Shown here piece by piece: positions 17,310-26,266 of a stretch of 32,000 nucleotides of DNA. The translations under genes were made by a program, and so were the position numbers. The notes below the pieces were generated by a model. That model searched no databases. It worked only from the letters and a program-made list of their open reading frames with translations, and was not told where the DNA came from. The stretch's first letter is position 1, and every line of letters begins with the position of its first letter. The stretch is from assembly GCF_003324675.1 (NCBI RefSeq), contig NZ_CP030918.1, positions 2,850,001 through 2,882,000 of the forward strand. Direction: 5' to 3'. Source of the DNA: Paracoccus suum (GTDB taxonomy: Bacteria > Pseudomonadota > Alphaproteobacteria > Rhodobacterales > Rhodobacteraceae).

Positions 17310-18278
17310 ATGAAGAAGCATCTTATCGCACTGGCGGCCGCGGGCCTGCTGGCAGGACCGGCTATCGCCCATGCTGAGGGCTTTCCCGACCGCCCGATCA
17401 CCATCGTCGTGCCGTTCCCGCCGGGCGGCTCGGTCGACAGCGTCGCGCGGCTGGTCGCGGACGAGCTTGCCAAATCGACCGGCAAGACGGTCGTGGTCGA
17501 CAACAAGGCCGGCGGCGCTGGCGGGGTGGTAGGCACGACCGCGGTCGCCAATGCGAAACCCGACGGCTACACCCTGATCCTCGACGCCTCGATCCATGTC
17601 GTGACGCCGCTGCTGAACAAGAACGTGCCGTATGACGTAAAGACCGACTTCACCAATATCGGCATGGTCGCCGCCGGCCCGCTGCTCGTCTCGACGCCGA
17701 CCAACACCCCGGCCAACACGCTGGCCGAGTTCTTTGAGGCCTACAAGGCGGATCCCACCAAGTACAATATTGCCACCAGCGGCTACGGCTCGGCCGGGCA
17801 CCTGGCGGTGGAATACCTGATCCGCTCGGCTGGCGTCGATGCGCAAGTCGTCGCCTACAAGGGCGCGGGGCCCGCGCTCAACGATCTGATCGGCGGCCAG
17901 GTGCAGTTGATGGCCGACCCCATGGCCTCGTCGCTGCCGCATGTGAAGGGCGGCAAGCTGAAGGCGCTGGCGGTGACCAGCCTCGAGCGCTCGCCCCTGG
18001 CGCCTGACGTTCCGACGGTCGGCGAGAGTGGGATGGAGCCGTTCGAGATGCTGTCCTGGTACGGCCTCTGGGCGCCCAAGGACCTCGACCCCGAGGCCGC
18101 CGCCTATCTGACGAAAGCGGTCGAGACGGTCGTCAAGTCCGACAGCTACAAGACCCGGATCGAGGCCATGGGCTTTGAGCCGGTCTACAAGTCGCCGGAC
18201 GAGCTGAAGACCTACATCAGCGACGAAATGGCGAAGTACGAAAAGATCATCAAAGACGCCAATATCAAGGTCAACTGA
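17310..18278 (+). CDS. tctC: Tripartite tricarboxylate transporter substrate-binding protein (TctC/Bug family)
   Basis: Signal peptide MKKHLIALAAAGLLAGPAIAHA, then FPDRPITIVVPFPPGGSVDSVARL...DNKAGGAG, a Bug/TctC hallmark. GGAGGA RBS. Confidence 0.9.
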   Translation: MKKHLIALAAAGLLAGPAIAHAEGFPDRPITIVVPFPPGGSVDSVARLVADELAKSTGKTVVVDNKAGGAGGVVGTTAVANAKPDGYTLILDASIHVVTPLLNKNVPYDVKTDFTNIGMVAAGPLLVSTPTNTPANTLAEFFEAYKADPTKYNIATSGYGSAGHLAVEYLIRSAGVDAQVVAYKGAGPALNDLIGGQVQLMADPMASSLPHVKGGKLKALAVTSLERSPLAPDVPTVGESGMEPFEMLSWYGLWAPKDLDPEAAAYLTKAVETVVKSDSYKTRIEAMGFEPVYKSPDELKTYISDEMAKYEKIIKDANIKVN

Positions 18279-18279
18279 A

Positions 18280-20667
18280 TTGGCAGACCTGCGTAAATTC
18301 GCGCAGGGGTCGTTCGCCTACCGCCGGGAGGGAGAGCTTGCCCTCCCGGCGAGTCCGCTCGTCTCCACCCACTGGGGGATCTATCGGGCGGCGATGCGGG
18401 ATGGCCGGCCAACCGGGCTGATCCCCTTCGAGCGCGACCCGGCGCCATCGCCGATCGGGCTGGACCTCATGGCTGACCGGCTGTCGCCGGCGCGGATCAC
18501 CCGGCCGCATATCAGTCGCGCCTATCTGCAAAAACGGCAGGGCAGCATCCGTGGGGCCGAGCCCTTTGTACCAGTCGACTGGGACACGGCGCTCGATCTG
18601 GTCGCCGAGGAAATCACCGCCGTCCGGGCCGAGTTCGGCAACGGCGCGATCTTCGGCGGCTCTTACGGCTGGTCGAGCGCGGGGCGGTTCCATCACGCAC
18701 AGAGCCAGGTCCACCGCTTTCTGAACTGCGCCGGCGGCTACGTGCGGTCGGTCCAGAATTACAGCTTTGCTGCGGGCGACGTCGTGGTGCCCCATGTTGT
18801 CGGCACGACTCGCGGGCTGGTGACGGGGCACACGCCCTGGACCCTCCTCGCCGGCAGCACCGAGCTGATGGTGATGTTCGGCGGCATCCCGCTGCGTAAC
18901 ACCCAGGTCAATGCCGGCGGCGTGGGCCGCCATGCCGCGCCCGAAGGACTGCTGGAATGTCGGCGCGCGGGCGCCAGCTTCGTCAACATCTCGCCCATCC
19001 GCGATGACGCCGCCGAGGAACTGGGCGCCGAATGGCTGGCCCTGCGGCCCAACACGGACGTGGCGCTGATGCTAGGCATCGCCGAGGTGCTGATCGCCGA
19101 GGGTCGCTACGACAGCGATTTCCTCGACCGCTACACGGTCGGGTTCGAACGGTTCAAGGCCTATGTGACCGGTGCCGAGGATGGCGTGCGCAAGGACCCC
19201 GAATGGGCCGCAGCCATCACGCAGATCCCCGCCGCGCGCATCCGTGCCCTGGCGCTGGAGATGTCGCAAAAGCGCACCTTCATCGCGATGAACTGGGCGC
19301 TGCAACGCGCACAATACGGCGAGCAGCCCTATTGGATGGCGATCACGCTGGCAGCGATGCTGGGCGGGATCGGCCAGCCCGGCGGCGGCTTTGGCTTCGG
19401 CTACGGCTCGGCCGGGGGCATCGGCAATGTCCCGGGGCCGATCAAGTGGCCCTCGCTGCCGCAGGGCACGAATCCGGTCCGGGCGTTCATTCCCGTGGCC
19501 CGCATCGCCGACATGCTGCTGAACCCCGGCGGCACGGTCGAATATGACGGGCAGGCCCTCACCTATCCCGACATTCGCCTGATCTACTGGGCGGGCGGCA
19601 ACCCGTTCCACCACCATCAGGACCTGAACCGCCTGCGACGCGCCTGGCAGCGGCCGCGCACCGTGGTGGTGCAGGAAAGCTGGTGGACCGCGACCGCGCG
19701 GCATGCAGACATCGTCTTGCCGGCGACGACCTTTTTCGAGCGCAACGATCTGGCATGTTCCAGTCGCGACAACTTTGTCAGCGCCTCGCACAAGCTCTTC
19801 GACGCGCCCGGCGAGGCGCTGGACGATTACGAGATCCTCGGCCGCCTTTCGGCGCGGCTGGGGTTCGAGGACGCTTTCACCGAAGGCCGGTCCGAGGGGG
19901 ACTGGCTGCGCTGGCTCTATCGCATCATCGAGGAGGGCGCGGCCGCCATCGGCCAGCCCCTGCCCCCCTTCGACGAATTCTGGGCCTCTGGCTATGCCGA
20001 GCTGACGCCCACCGTCGCGTCCGAGGCCTATCTTGAACGGTTCCGGACCGACCCGGTCGCCAACCGCCTTGGCACCCCATCCGGCCTGATCGAGATCGGC
20101 TCCGAGGCAGTCCGCTCCTTCGGATATGACGACTGCCCCGGACGGCCCAACTGGCGCCCGCCGCTGGAATGGCTGGGCGCCCCGCTTGCCGCGCAGTACC
20201 CGCTGCACCTCATGTCAAACCAGCCTGCGCGCCGGCTGCACAGCCAGTGGGACCACGCCCGCTATTCGCGGGAGAGCAAGCCCGGCGGGCGCGAGCCGGT
20301 GCGGATGCACCCGGATGACGCCGCGGCGCGGGGTATCGCCCAGGGCGACGTGGTGCGGGTGTTTAACGGCCGGGGCAGCCTTCTCGCCTCGGCCGACCTC
20401 AGCGATGCGCTGCGCCCGCAAGTCGTCCAGATGGCCACGGGCGCCTGGTTCGATCCGTCGGACCCGCAGGAAATCGGCGGCCTGGAGCGGCACGGCAACC
20501 CGAACGTCCTGACGCCGGACATCGGCACCTCGCGCCTGGCGCAGGGCCCCAGCCCCAATTCCTGCCTCGTGCAGATCGAGAAATTTGTCGGCCCCGTGCC
20601 GCCGGTCAGGGCATTCGAGCCGCCCCAGGTGGTCAGCATCAGTGAAAGAGAGGGACGCGCGCGATGA
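18280..20667 (+). CDS. Molybdopterin (bis-MGD) oxidoreductase, DMSO-reductase family, BisC/TorZ-like S-/N-oxide reductase type, cytoplasmic
   Basis: 795 aa. Motifs seen: STHWGIY near the N-terminus, NYSFAAGDVVVPHVVGT (candidate Ser Mo-ligand region), GGNPFHHHQDLNRL, WWTATARHADIVLPATTFFERNDL, and NVLTPDIGTSRLAQGPSPNSCLVQIEK. No Tat signal and no N-terminal Cys cluster. TTG start 1 nt after the tctC stop. Confidence 0.85.
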   Translation: MADLRKFAQGSFAYRREGELALPASPLVSTHWGIYRAAMRDGRPTGLIPFERDPAPSPIGLDLMADRLSPARITRPHISRAYLQKRQGSIRGAEPFVPVDWDTALDLVAEEITAVRAEFGNGAIFGGSYGWSSAGRFHHAQSQVHRFLNCAGGYVRSVQNYSFAAGDVVVPHVVGTTRGLVTGHTPWTLLAGSTELMVMFGGIPLRNTQVNAGGVGRHAAPEGLLECRRAGASFVNISPIRDDAAEELGAEWLALRPNTDVALMLGIAEVLIAEGRYDSDFLDRYTVGFERFKAYVTGAEDGVRKDPEWAAAITQIPAARIRALALEMSQKRTFIAMNWALQRAQYGEQPYWMAITLAAMLGGIGQPGGGFGFGYGSAGGIGNVPGPIKWPSLPQGTNPVRAFIPVARIADMLLNPGGTVEYDGQALTYPDIRLIYWAGGNPFHHHQDLNRLRRAWQRPRTVVVQESWWTATARHADIVLPATTFFERNDLACSSRDNFVSASHKLFDAPGEALDDYEILGRLSARLGFEDAFTEGRSEGDWLRWLYRIIEEGAAAIGQPLPPFDEFWASGYAELTPTVASEAYLERFRTDPVANRLGTPSGLIEIGSEAVRSFGYDDCPGRPNWRPPLEWLGAPLAAQYPLHLMSNQPARRLHSQWDHARYSRESKPGGREPVRMHPDDAAARGIAQGDVVRVFNGRGSLLASADLSDALRPQVVQMATGAWFDPSDPQEIGGLERHGNPNVLTPDIGTSRLAQGPSPNSCLVQIEKFVGPVPPVRAFEPPQVVSISEREGRAR

Positions 20668-21140
20668 TCAGGGAACGTTGGAAATCCTCGGATGCCATCA
20701 CCGGCATCCTGTTCTGCCTCATCAGCATCGGCTTCATGATCGGCGGAAGGAACTTGCCGCTGGGGACCGCATCGCGCATGGGCGCGGGCTGGTTTCCCAT
20801 GGCGGTGGCCGGCTGCATGCTGCTGGTCGGCGTGATCATCCTCGTTCGGGCCTCGCTGGAAACGCTGCCCGCGCCGACCGCATTCGTCTGGCGCCCGATC
20901 GTGCTGATCGCCGCAGCGCTGGTAGTCTTTGCCCTGACGCTGGAGCGATTGGGCCTCGTCTTTGCCGTGCCGCTGTCGGTCATGGTGTCGGCCTATGCGC
21001 ACCCGCCCGTCGCCGTGCGGCGGATGCTGGTCTATGCGCTTCTCCTCGGGATCGCGTGCAGCATTGTGTTTGTGAAATGGCTGGGTCTGCAGGTGCCGAT
21101 CGTCGGCGCCTGGCTCGAGCCGTTCCTCGGGCGTTGGTGA
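20664..21140 (+). CDS. tctB: Tripartite tricarboxylate transporter small membrane subunit TctB
   Basis: 158 aa with 4 predicted TM segments. Positioned directly before tctA. ATGA overlap with the molybdoenzyme gene. Confidence 0.8.
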   Translation: MIRERWKSSDAITGILFCLISIGFMIGGRNLPLGTASRMGAGWFPMAVAGCMLLVGVIILVRASLETLPAPTAFVWRPIVLIAAALVVFALTLERLGLVFAVPLSVMVSAYAHPPVAVRRMLVYALLLGIACSIVFVKWLGLQVPIVGAWLEPFLGRW

Positions 21141-21146
21141 GGGCGG

Positions 21147-22646
21147 ATGGAACTTTTCGATCAACTCATGCTCGGCCTCGGCCACGCGCTGCTGCCGGTC
21201 AACATGCTGTGGTGCTTTGTCGGCGTGCTGCTGGGAACGCTCGTCGGCGTGCTGCCCGGCCTCGGCCCGTCGGCCACCATCGCCATCCTGCTGCCATTCA
21301 CCTTCGGCCTCGCGCCGGTGACAGCGGTGATCATGCTGGCCGGCATCTACTACGGCGCCCAATATGGCTCCTCGACTACGGCCATCCTGATCAACCTGCC
21401 GGGCGAGGCGTCATCGGTCGTCACCGCAATCGACGGCTATCGAATGGCGCGAAAAGGTCGCGCCGGGCCCGCCCTCTTCGCGGCCGCCATCGGCTCGTTC
21501 GTGGCCGGCACCGTCGCAACCCTGCTGATCGCCCTCTTTGCGCCCTCGCTGGCCGAGGTCGGCCTGATGTTCGGCCCCGCCGAGTATTTCTCGCTGATGG
21601 TGCTGGGGCTTGTGACCTCGATCGTGCTCGCGCACGGCTCGCTGCTGAAGGCGGTGGGCATGGTCCTGCTGGGGGTCCTGCTGGGCCTCGTCGGGCAGGA
21701 CGTGCAGACCGCCGAGCCGCGCTTTACGATGGGCTTTCTTGAATTGGCGAGCGGGGTCAGCTTTGTCGTCGCGGCCATGGGCCTCTTCGGCATAGGCGAG
21801 ATTGCCCGCGACCTGGAACACCCCGCCCGCCGGGCCGTACTGACAACCGCGGTCGGCGGCCTGATCCCCGGCCGGGACGATCTGCGACGCATCGTCGCCC
21901 CGATCCTGCGCGGGACGGCTATCGGCTCGGTGCTGGGAATCCTGCCCGGCGGCGGCGCGCTGCTGTCGTCCTTTGCCGCCTACTCGATCGAGAAAAAGGT
22001 CTCGAAACCGCCAGAGGGCTTTGGCAACGGCGCGATCGAGGGCGTGGCGGCGCCAGAGAGCGCCAACAACGCCGGCTCGCAGACCTCTTTCATTCCCATG
22101 CTGACGCTCGGCATCCCGTCGAACGCGGTCATGGCGCTGATGATTGGTGCGCTGATTGTGCAGGGCGTGACGCCCGGCCCGTTGCTGGCGACCGAGCATC
22201 CCGACATCTTCTGGGGCGTGATCGCCTCGATGTGGGTCGGCAACGTCATGCTGATCGTGCTGAACCTTCCGCTGATCGGGATGTGGGTCAAGCTGCTCAG
22301 CATGCCGTTCAAGTATCTCTACCCGGCGATCCTGATCTTCTGCGCGCTGGGCACCTATACCCTGTCGGCGACTCTCTTCGACGTCTGGCTGCTGATGGGC
22401 TTTGGCGTGATGGGATACGTATTCCTCAAGCTCGATTGCGAACCCGCGCCGCTGATCATGGGCCTCATCCTCGGCCCCCTCATGGAAGAGAACTTCCGCC
22501 GCGCCATGTTCCTGTCGCGGGGCGAGTTCAGCACCTTCGTCACGCGCCCGATCTCGCTGGGGCTGTTGGTGTTCGCCGCGCTCGCGTTGGCGGCGGTGCT
22601 GCTGCCCGTATTCGGGCGCATCCGTGAACAGGCATTCGAGGAATGA
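21147..22646 (+). CDS. tctA: Tripartite tricarboxylate transporter large permease TctA
   Basis: 499 aa and polytopic. TctA-like N-terminus (LLGTLVGVLPGLGPSATIAILLP) and typical length. Confidence 0.9.
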   Translation: MELFDQLMLGLGHALLPVNMLWCFVGVLLGTLVGVLPGLGPSATIAILLPFTFGLAPVTAVIMLAGIYYGAQYGSSTTAILINLPGEASSVVTAIDGYRMARKGRAGPALFAAAIGSFVAGTVATLLIALFAPSLAEVGLMFGPAEYFSLMVLGLVTSIVLAHGSLLKAVGMVLLGVLLGLVGQDVQTAEPRFTMGFLELASGVSFVVAAMGLFGIGEIARDLEHPARRAVLTTAVGGLIPGRDDLRRIVAPILRGTAIGSVLGILPGGGALLSSFAAYSIEKKVSKPPEGFGNGAIEGVAAPESANNAGSQTSFIPMLTLGIPSNAVMALMIGALIVQGVTPGPLLATEHPDIFWGVIASMWVGNVMLIVLNLPLIGMWVKLLSMPFKYLYPAILIFCALGTYTLSATLFDVWLLMGFGVMGYVFLKLDCEPAPLIMGLILGPLMEENFRRAMFLSRGEFSTFVTRPISLGLLVFAALALAAVLLPVFGRIREQAFEE

Positions 22647-22647
22647 C

Positions 22648-23904
22648 ATGACCCGACGCATCGTTGTCATCGGCGCCGGAATCGTCGGTGTCAGCACGGC
22701 CATCGAACTGCTGCGCGACGGCCATGACGTCACCATCGTCGAGCCGGAAGCGCCGGGCGGCCAGCAGGCCGCGAGCTTTGGCAACGGTGCGTGGATCAGC
22801 CCGTCCTCGGTCGTGCCGATGTCGATGCCCGGCCTTTGGCGCAAGGTGCCGGGGTTCCTCAGCGATCCGTTGGGCCCGCTGACGATCCGCTGGACGCAGT
22901 TGCCCCATCTGGCGGACTGGCTGGCCCGGTTCGTGCGGGCAGGCTCGACCGTCCCGCGGGTCGAGCGCACGGCCCGCGCACTATCGGCGCTGCTGTGCGA
23001 TGCCCCGGCCCGCCACGCAAGGCTGTCGGCCGAGGCCGGGGATCCGGACTGGGTGCGGAACGAAGGGCTGCTCTATGTCTATCCCGACCGCGCCGCGTTC
23101 GAGGCCGAGGCCCTCGCCTGGCGACTGCGCCGTGAAAATGGCGTCGAGTGGGTCGAACTGGACCGGGGCGAGTTGCATGACCTCGAGCCAACGATTGGCC
23201 CACGATACACCTTCGGCGCCTTCGTGCGCGCCGGGGCGCATTGCATCGACCCGGGCGGCTACGTCGCCGCCCTGGCGCGCCATGCCGCCGAGCGTGGCGC
23301 GCGGCTCGTCCCGGCCCGGGCAACGGGCTTTGCGCAGGACGGCGGCCAACTGAAGGCGGTGCGGGTCGAGGGCGGCCCCGACATTCCTTGCGAGCGTGCG
23401 GTGATCGCGGCCGGAATCAACTCGCGCGCCCTCGCCCGCAAGGCCGGGGACCACATCCCGATGGTCAGCGAGCGCGGCTATCATGTCGAGGTGACGAACC
23501 CCACGGTCCGGCCGCGCATCCCCTCGATGCCAAGCGACGGCAAGATGGGCAACACGCTGACGCGGACCGGACTGCGCGCCTCGGGCCAGGTCGAGTTGAC
23601 TCGGCTGGGGGCGCCCCCGAACTGGAAACGGGCCGATATCCTGCTGGAGAACCTCGCCAAGACCTTCCCGGGCCTCGCGATCGACCCCGAGTCGGTCACG
23701 CGGTGGATGGGCAACCGCCCTTCGACGCCCGATGGCCTTCCGGTGATCGGCACTTCGTCGAAAGCGCCGGGGGTCATCTATGCCTTCGGCCATGGCCACG
23801 TCGGCCTCGCCAGCGGACCCAAGACCGGGGCTTTGGTGGCGGATGTCGTCGCCGGGCGCATGCCCCAGGTGCCATTGGAACCTTATTCCCCCACGAGGTT
23901 CTGA
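22648..23904 (+). CDS. FAD-dependent D-amino-acid dehydrogenase-like oxidoreductase (DadA/DAO family)
   Basis: MTRRIVVIGAGIVGVSTAIELLRDGHDVTIVE is a GxGxxG fold. The overall layout and the C-terminal GHGHVGLASGP resemble DadA. The ATG lies 1 nt after the tctA stop, with GAGGAA upstream. Confidence 0.8.
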   Translation: MTRRIVVIGAGIVGVSTAIELLRDGHDVTIVEPEAPGGQQAASFGNGAWISPSSVVPMSMPGLWRKVPGFLSDPLGPLTIRWTQLPHLADWLARFVRAGSTVPRVERTARALSALLCDAPARHARLSAEAGDPDWVRNEGLLYVYPDRAAFEAEALAWRLRRENGVEWVELDRGELHDLEPTIGPRYTFGAFVRAGAHCIDPGGYVAALARHAAERGARLVPARATGFAQDGGQLKAVRVEGGPDIPCERAVIAAGINSRALARKAGDHIPMVSERGYHVEVTNPTVRPRIPSMPSDGKMGNTLTRTGLRASGQVELTRLGAPPNWKRADILLENLAKTFPGLAIDPESVTRWMGNRPSTPDGLPVIGTSSKAPGVIYAFGHGHVGLASGPKTGALVADVVAGRMPQVPLEPYSPTRF

Positions 23905-24323
23905 GCGGTCCCTAGGGGACCCGCCGCCATCCGGCCGCAAACCAGCGCCCCGACCTGCCGTGGCCGGGAGGACGCCCAAAGTTTACCGAGCTTCCATCCC
24001 CGCCAGGCGCGAGGCCTGAGGCCGCAGGTCAGCACAGATCGCTGGCGCCGCGATGTCGCGATTGCAGCGGGTCGAGGCCGATAGTGCGCCGACGGCCTAT
24101 CCCTGACTGAATGGTGGCCGGGCCTAGCCTGCTGCTATGGAGAAAGTTGACTTGCGTCGCGGCCACCGAGCGCCGCCGGCCTTCAGTCACCTCTGCCTGC
24201 CACACGAAATCCCTGCCTGTCACCGCCGCGTGATCTTCCTGCTGGACAACCACGGGCCGCAGAGACAATCTCGCGCCTGCAGCCAATAACTTACGGGAAT
24301 CGTTCGGTCCCGCGGAGGTCTGA

Positions 24324-25322
24324 TTGGAACTTCTGGACCCTCTGTTCGATCCCTCGGCCGCCTATATCTCGACCGGAACCCTGCCACCGACAGACCAGAC
24401 CGCGCGGCTGGTCAGTGAAGCGCACGCCCGTTTCCGCGATTCGACCCTCGGTGAAAACTCGACCGTTTATCCGGCCCTCGCCCGGGTGCGGCGCGATCTT
24501 TTCGGCATCTGCTTTGCCGGGGCTGACGGGCGCATCTTCGCAGTCGGCGACGCCGAGCATGAATTCACCATCATGAGCGTCTCGAAGCCGTTCATCTTTG
24601 CCCTGATCTGCAACCTGATCGGCCCGACCGGCGCGCGTGAGCGGCTGGGCGTGAACGCCACCGGCCGCCCCTTCAACTCGCTCGCGGGGATCGAGCATAG
24701 CGGCGATGGCCGGACCAATCCGATGGTCAATGCCGGCGCCATCGCGGCGACCAGCCTGGTGCCGGGCGAGACGGAGGCGGAAAAGTGGCGGTTCATCCAT
24801 GACGGCCTGTCGCGCTTTGCCGGCCGCAAGCTGCCGCTGAACAACGAGGTCTATGAATCCGCCACAGCTACCAATTTCCGCAACCGCAGCATCGCCTGGA
24901 TGCTGGAGAGCAGCGGCGCGATCTATTGCGACCCGGCGCAGGCGGTGGACCTCTACACCCGGCAATGCTCGCTGAACGTCAGCGCGCGCGATCTTGCGGT
25001 GATGGGCGCAACCCTGGCCCACGGCGGCTTCAACCCGGTCACGCGCGAGCAGGTCGTCAAGCCCGACGTCTGCCACTACGCCTTGGCGGTCATGCTGACG
25101 GCGGGGCTCTACGAGACATCCGGCGACTGGCTCTACGAGGTGGGCCTGCCCGGCAAGAGCGGGATCGGCGGCGGCATCGTCACCGTCTCGCCCGGCAAGG
25201 GCGGCCTTGGCACCTTTGCGCCGCCGCTCGACGCGGCGGGCAACTCGGTCAAGGGGCAACTCGCAACGCAATTCCTGTCGCAGCGGCTGGGGCTCGACCT
25301 GCTGATGTCCTCGCCGGACTGA
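24324..25322 (+). CDS. glsA: Glutaminase A
   Basis: EFTIMSVSKPFIFAL (catalytic Ser-x-x-Lys), NPMVNAGAI and LPGKSGIGGGI are glutaminase motifs. The start is TTG at 24324 as given by the track, with GGAGG at 24314-24318. Confidence 0.9.
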   Translation: MELLDPLFDPSAAYISTGTLPPTDQTARLVSEAHARFRDSTLGENSTVYPALARVRRDLFGICFAGADGRIFAVGDAEHEFTIMSVSKPFIFALICNLIGPTGARERLGVNATGRPFNSLAGIEHSGDGRTNPMVNAGAIAATSLVPGETEAEKWRFIHDGLSRFAGRKLPLNNEVYESATATNFRNRSIAWMLESSGAIYCDPAQAVDLYTRQCSLNVSARDLAVMGATLAHGGFNPVTREQVVKPDVCHYALAVMLTAGLYETSGDWLYEVGLPGKSGIGGGIVTVSPGKGGLGTFAPPLDAAGNSVKGQLATQFLSQRLGLDLLMSSPD

Positions 25323-25381
25323 CAAGGGACAAGACGGCGCGCATAGCCTGGCGGGCGCGTGCCAAGAATAGGAGCGGTTCA

Positions 25382-26263
25382 ATGGTGGTGGCGGCAGCAT
25401 CCGCGGTGCAGGGCGGGACAGAAGAGCGAAATTCGTGGGTTCCGCTGATCGCGATCGCGTTCGGACAGGCGATCATGTCCTTCAACGTGGCCTCCCTGCC
25501 CGTGTCGATGGGCGGAATGGTGGCCAGCTTCGGCGTGCCCCCGACGACGGTGGCTACGGGGATCGTCGCCTATTCCATGATCGTCGCGGGCTTCGTGATG
25601 CTGGGCGCGAAACTGGTCCAGCGTTTCGGCGCGCTGCGCGTCTTTCGCATCGCGGTCATCCTGTTTGCCCTGTCGCAAGTCATGATGACCCTCAGCCCGA
25701 ATGCCACGGTGATGATCTGCGCGCAGGGCCTGTGCGGCGCGGCGGCCGCGCTGATCGTGCCCGCCTTGGTCGCGCTGGTGGCCGAGAATTACCACGGCAC
25801 CCAGCAGGCGACCGCCCTCGGCTCGCTCGGTTCGGCCCGGGCGGGGGCGGGCGTTCTGGCCTTTCTGATCGGCGGCATGCTGGGCACCTATATCGGCTGG
25901 CGGCCCGTCTTCGGGTTGCTGGCGCTGGTCTCGGGCCTGGTCTTTTTCCTCAGCTTCCGGCTGCGCCCGGACCAGGGTCGGCCGGACGTACGAATCGACA
26001 TCGTTGGCGTGGTGCTGGCGGCGGCCGGGATCCTGCTGATCAGCTTTGGCTTCAACAACCTCGGCGGCTGGGGCCTTGCGCTGGCGCGGCCGGACGCGCC
26101 CTTCAACCTTCTCGGCCTGTCCCCTGCGCCAGTGATGATCGTGCTGGGCGTCGTGCTGGGACAGGGCTTCTTTTTGTGGACCCGCCGGCAGGAGGCCGCG
26201 GGCCGCACGCCGCTGATGGCTTTGGAGCTGCTCGACTCGCGCGAGGAGCGCGCCGCGGTCTAG
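25382..26263 (+). CDS. MFS transporter (DHA2-like), N-terminal 8-TMS portion ending at an in-frame TAG
   Basis: The ATG at 25382 has AGGAG 7 nt upstream. About 8 hydrophobic helices. It ends ...PLMALELLDSREERAAV* at TAG 26261-26263. The track ORF from 24926 is an extension inside glsA. Confidence 0.7.
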   Translation: MVVAAASAVQGGTEERNSWVPLIAIAFGQAIMSFNVASLPVSMGGMVASFGVPPTTVATGIVAYSMIVAGFVMLGAKLVQRFGALRVFRIAVILFALSQVMMTLSPNATVMICAQGLCGAAAALIVPALVALVAENYHGTQQATALGSLGSARAGAGVLAFLIGGMLGTYIGWRPVFGLLALVSGLVFFLSFRLRPDQGRPDVRIDIVGVVLAAAGILLISFGFNNLGGWGLALARPDAPFNLLGLSPAPVMIVLGVVLGQGFFLWTRRQEAAGRTPLMALELLDSREERAAV

Positions 26264-26266
26264 GCG

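Noticed and set aside
18280-18390. Arg-Arg pair (AYRRE) near the molybdoenzyme N-terminus as a possible Tat signal.
   Set aside because: There is no S/T-R-R-x-F-L-K context and no hydrophobic h-region or cleavage site. The conserved HWG core motif begins about 15 residues later.
24029-24286. 85-aa minus-strand ORF (and a ~40-aa plus-strand ORF at 24111-24233) in the dadA-like/glsA spacer.
   Set aside because: About 30% of its codons end in A/T by my count, including rare AGA, ATA and CTA codons. Third positions in neighbouring genes appear strongly G/C-biased by eye. It has a TTG start, no RBS and no recognisable motif.
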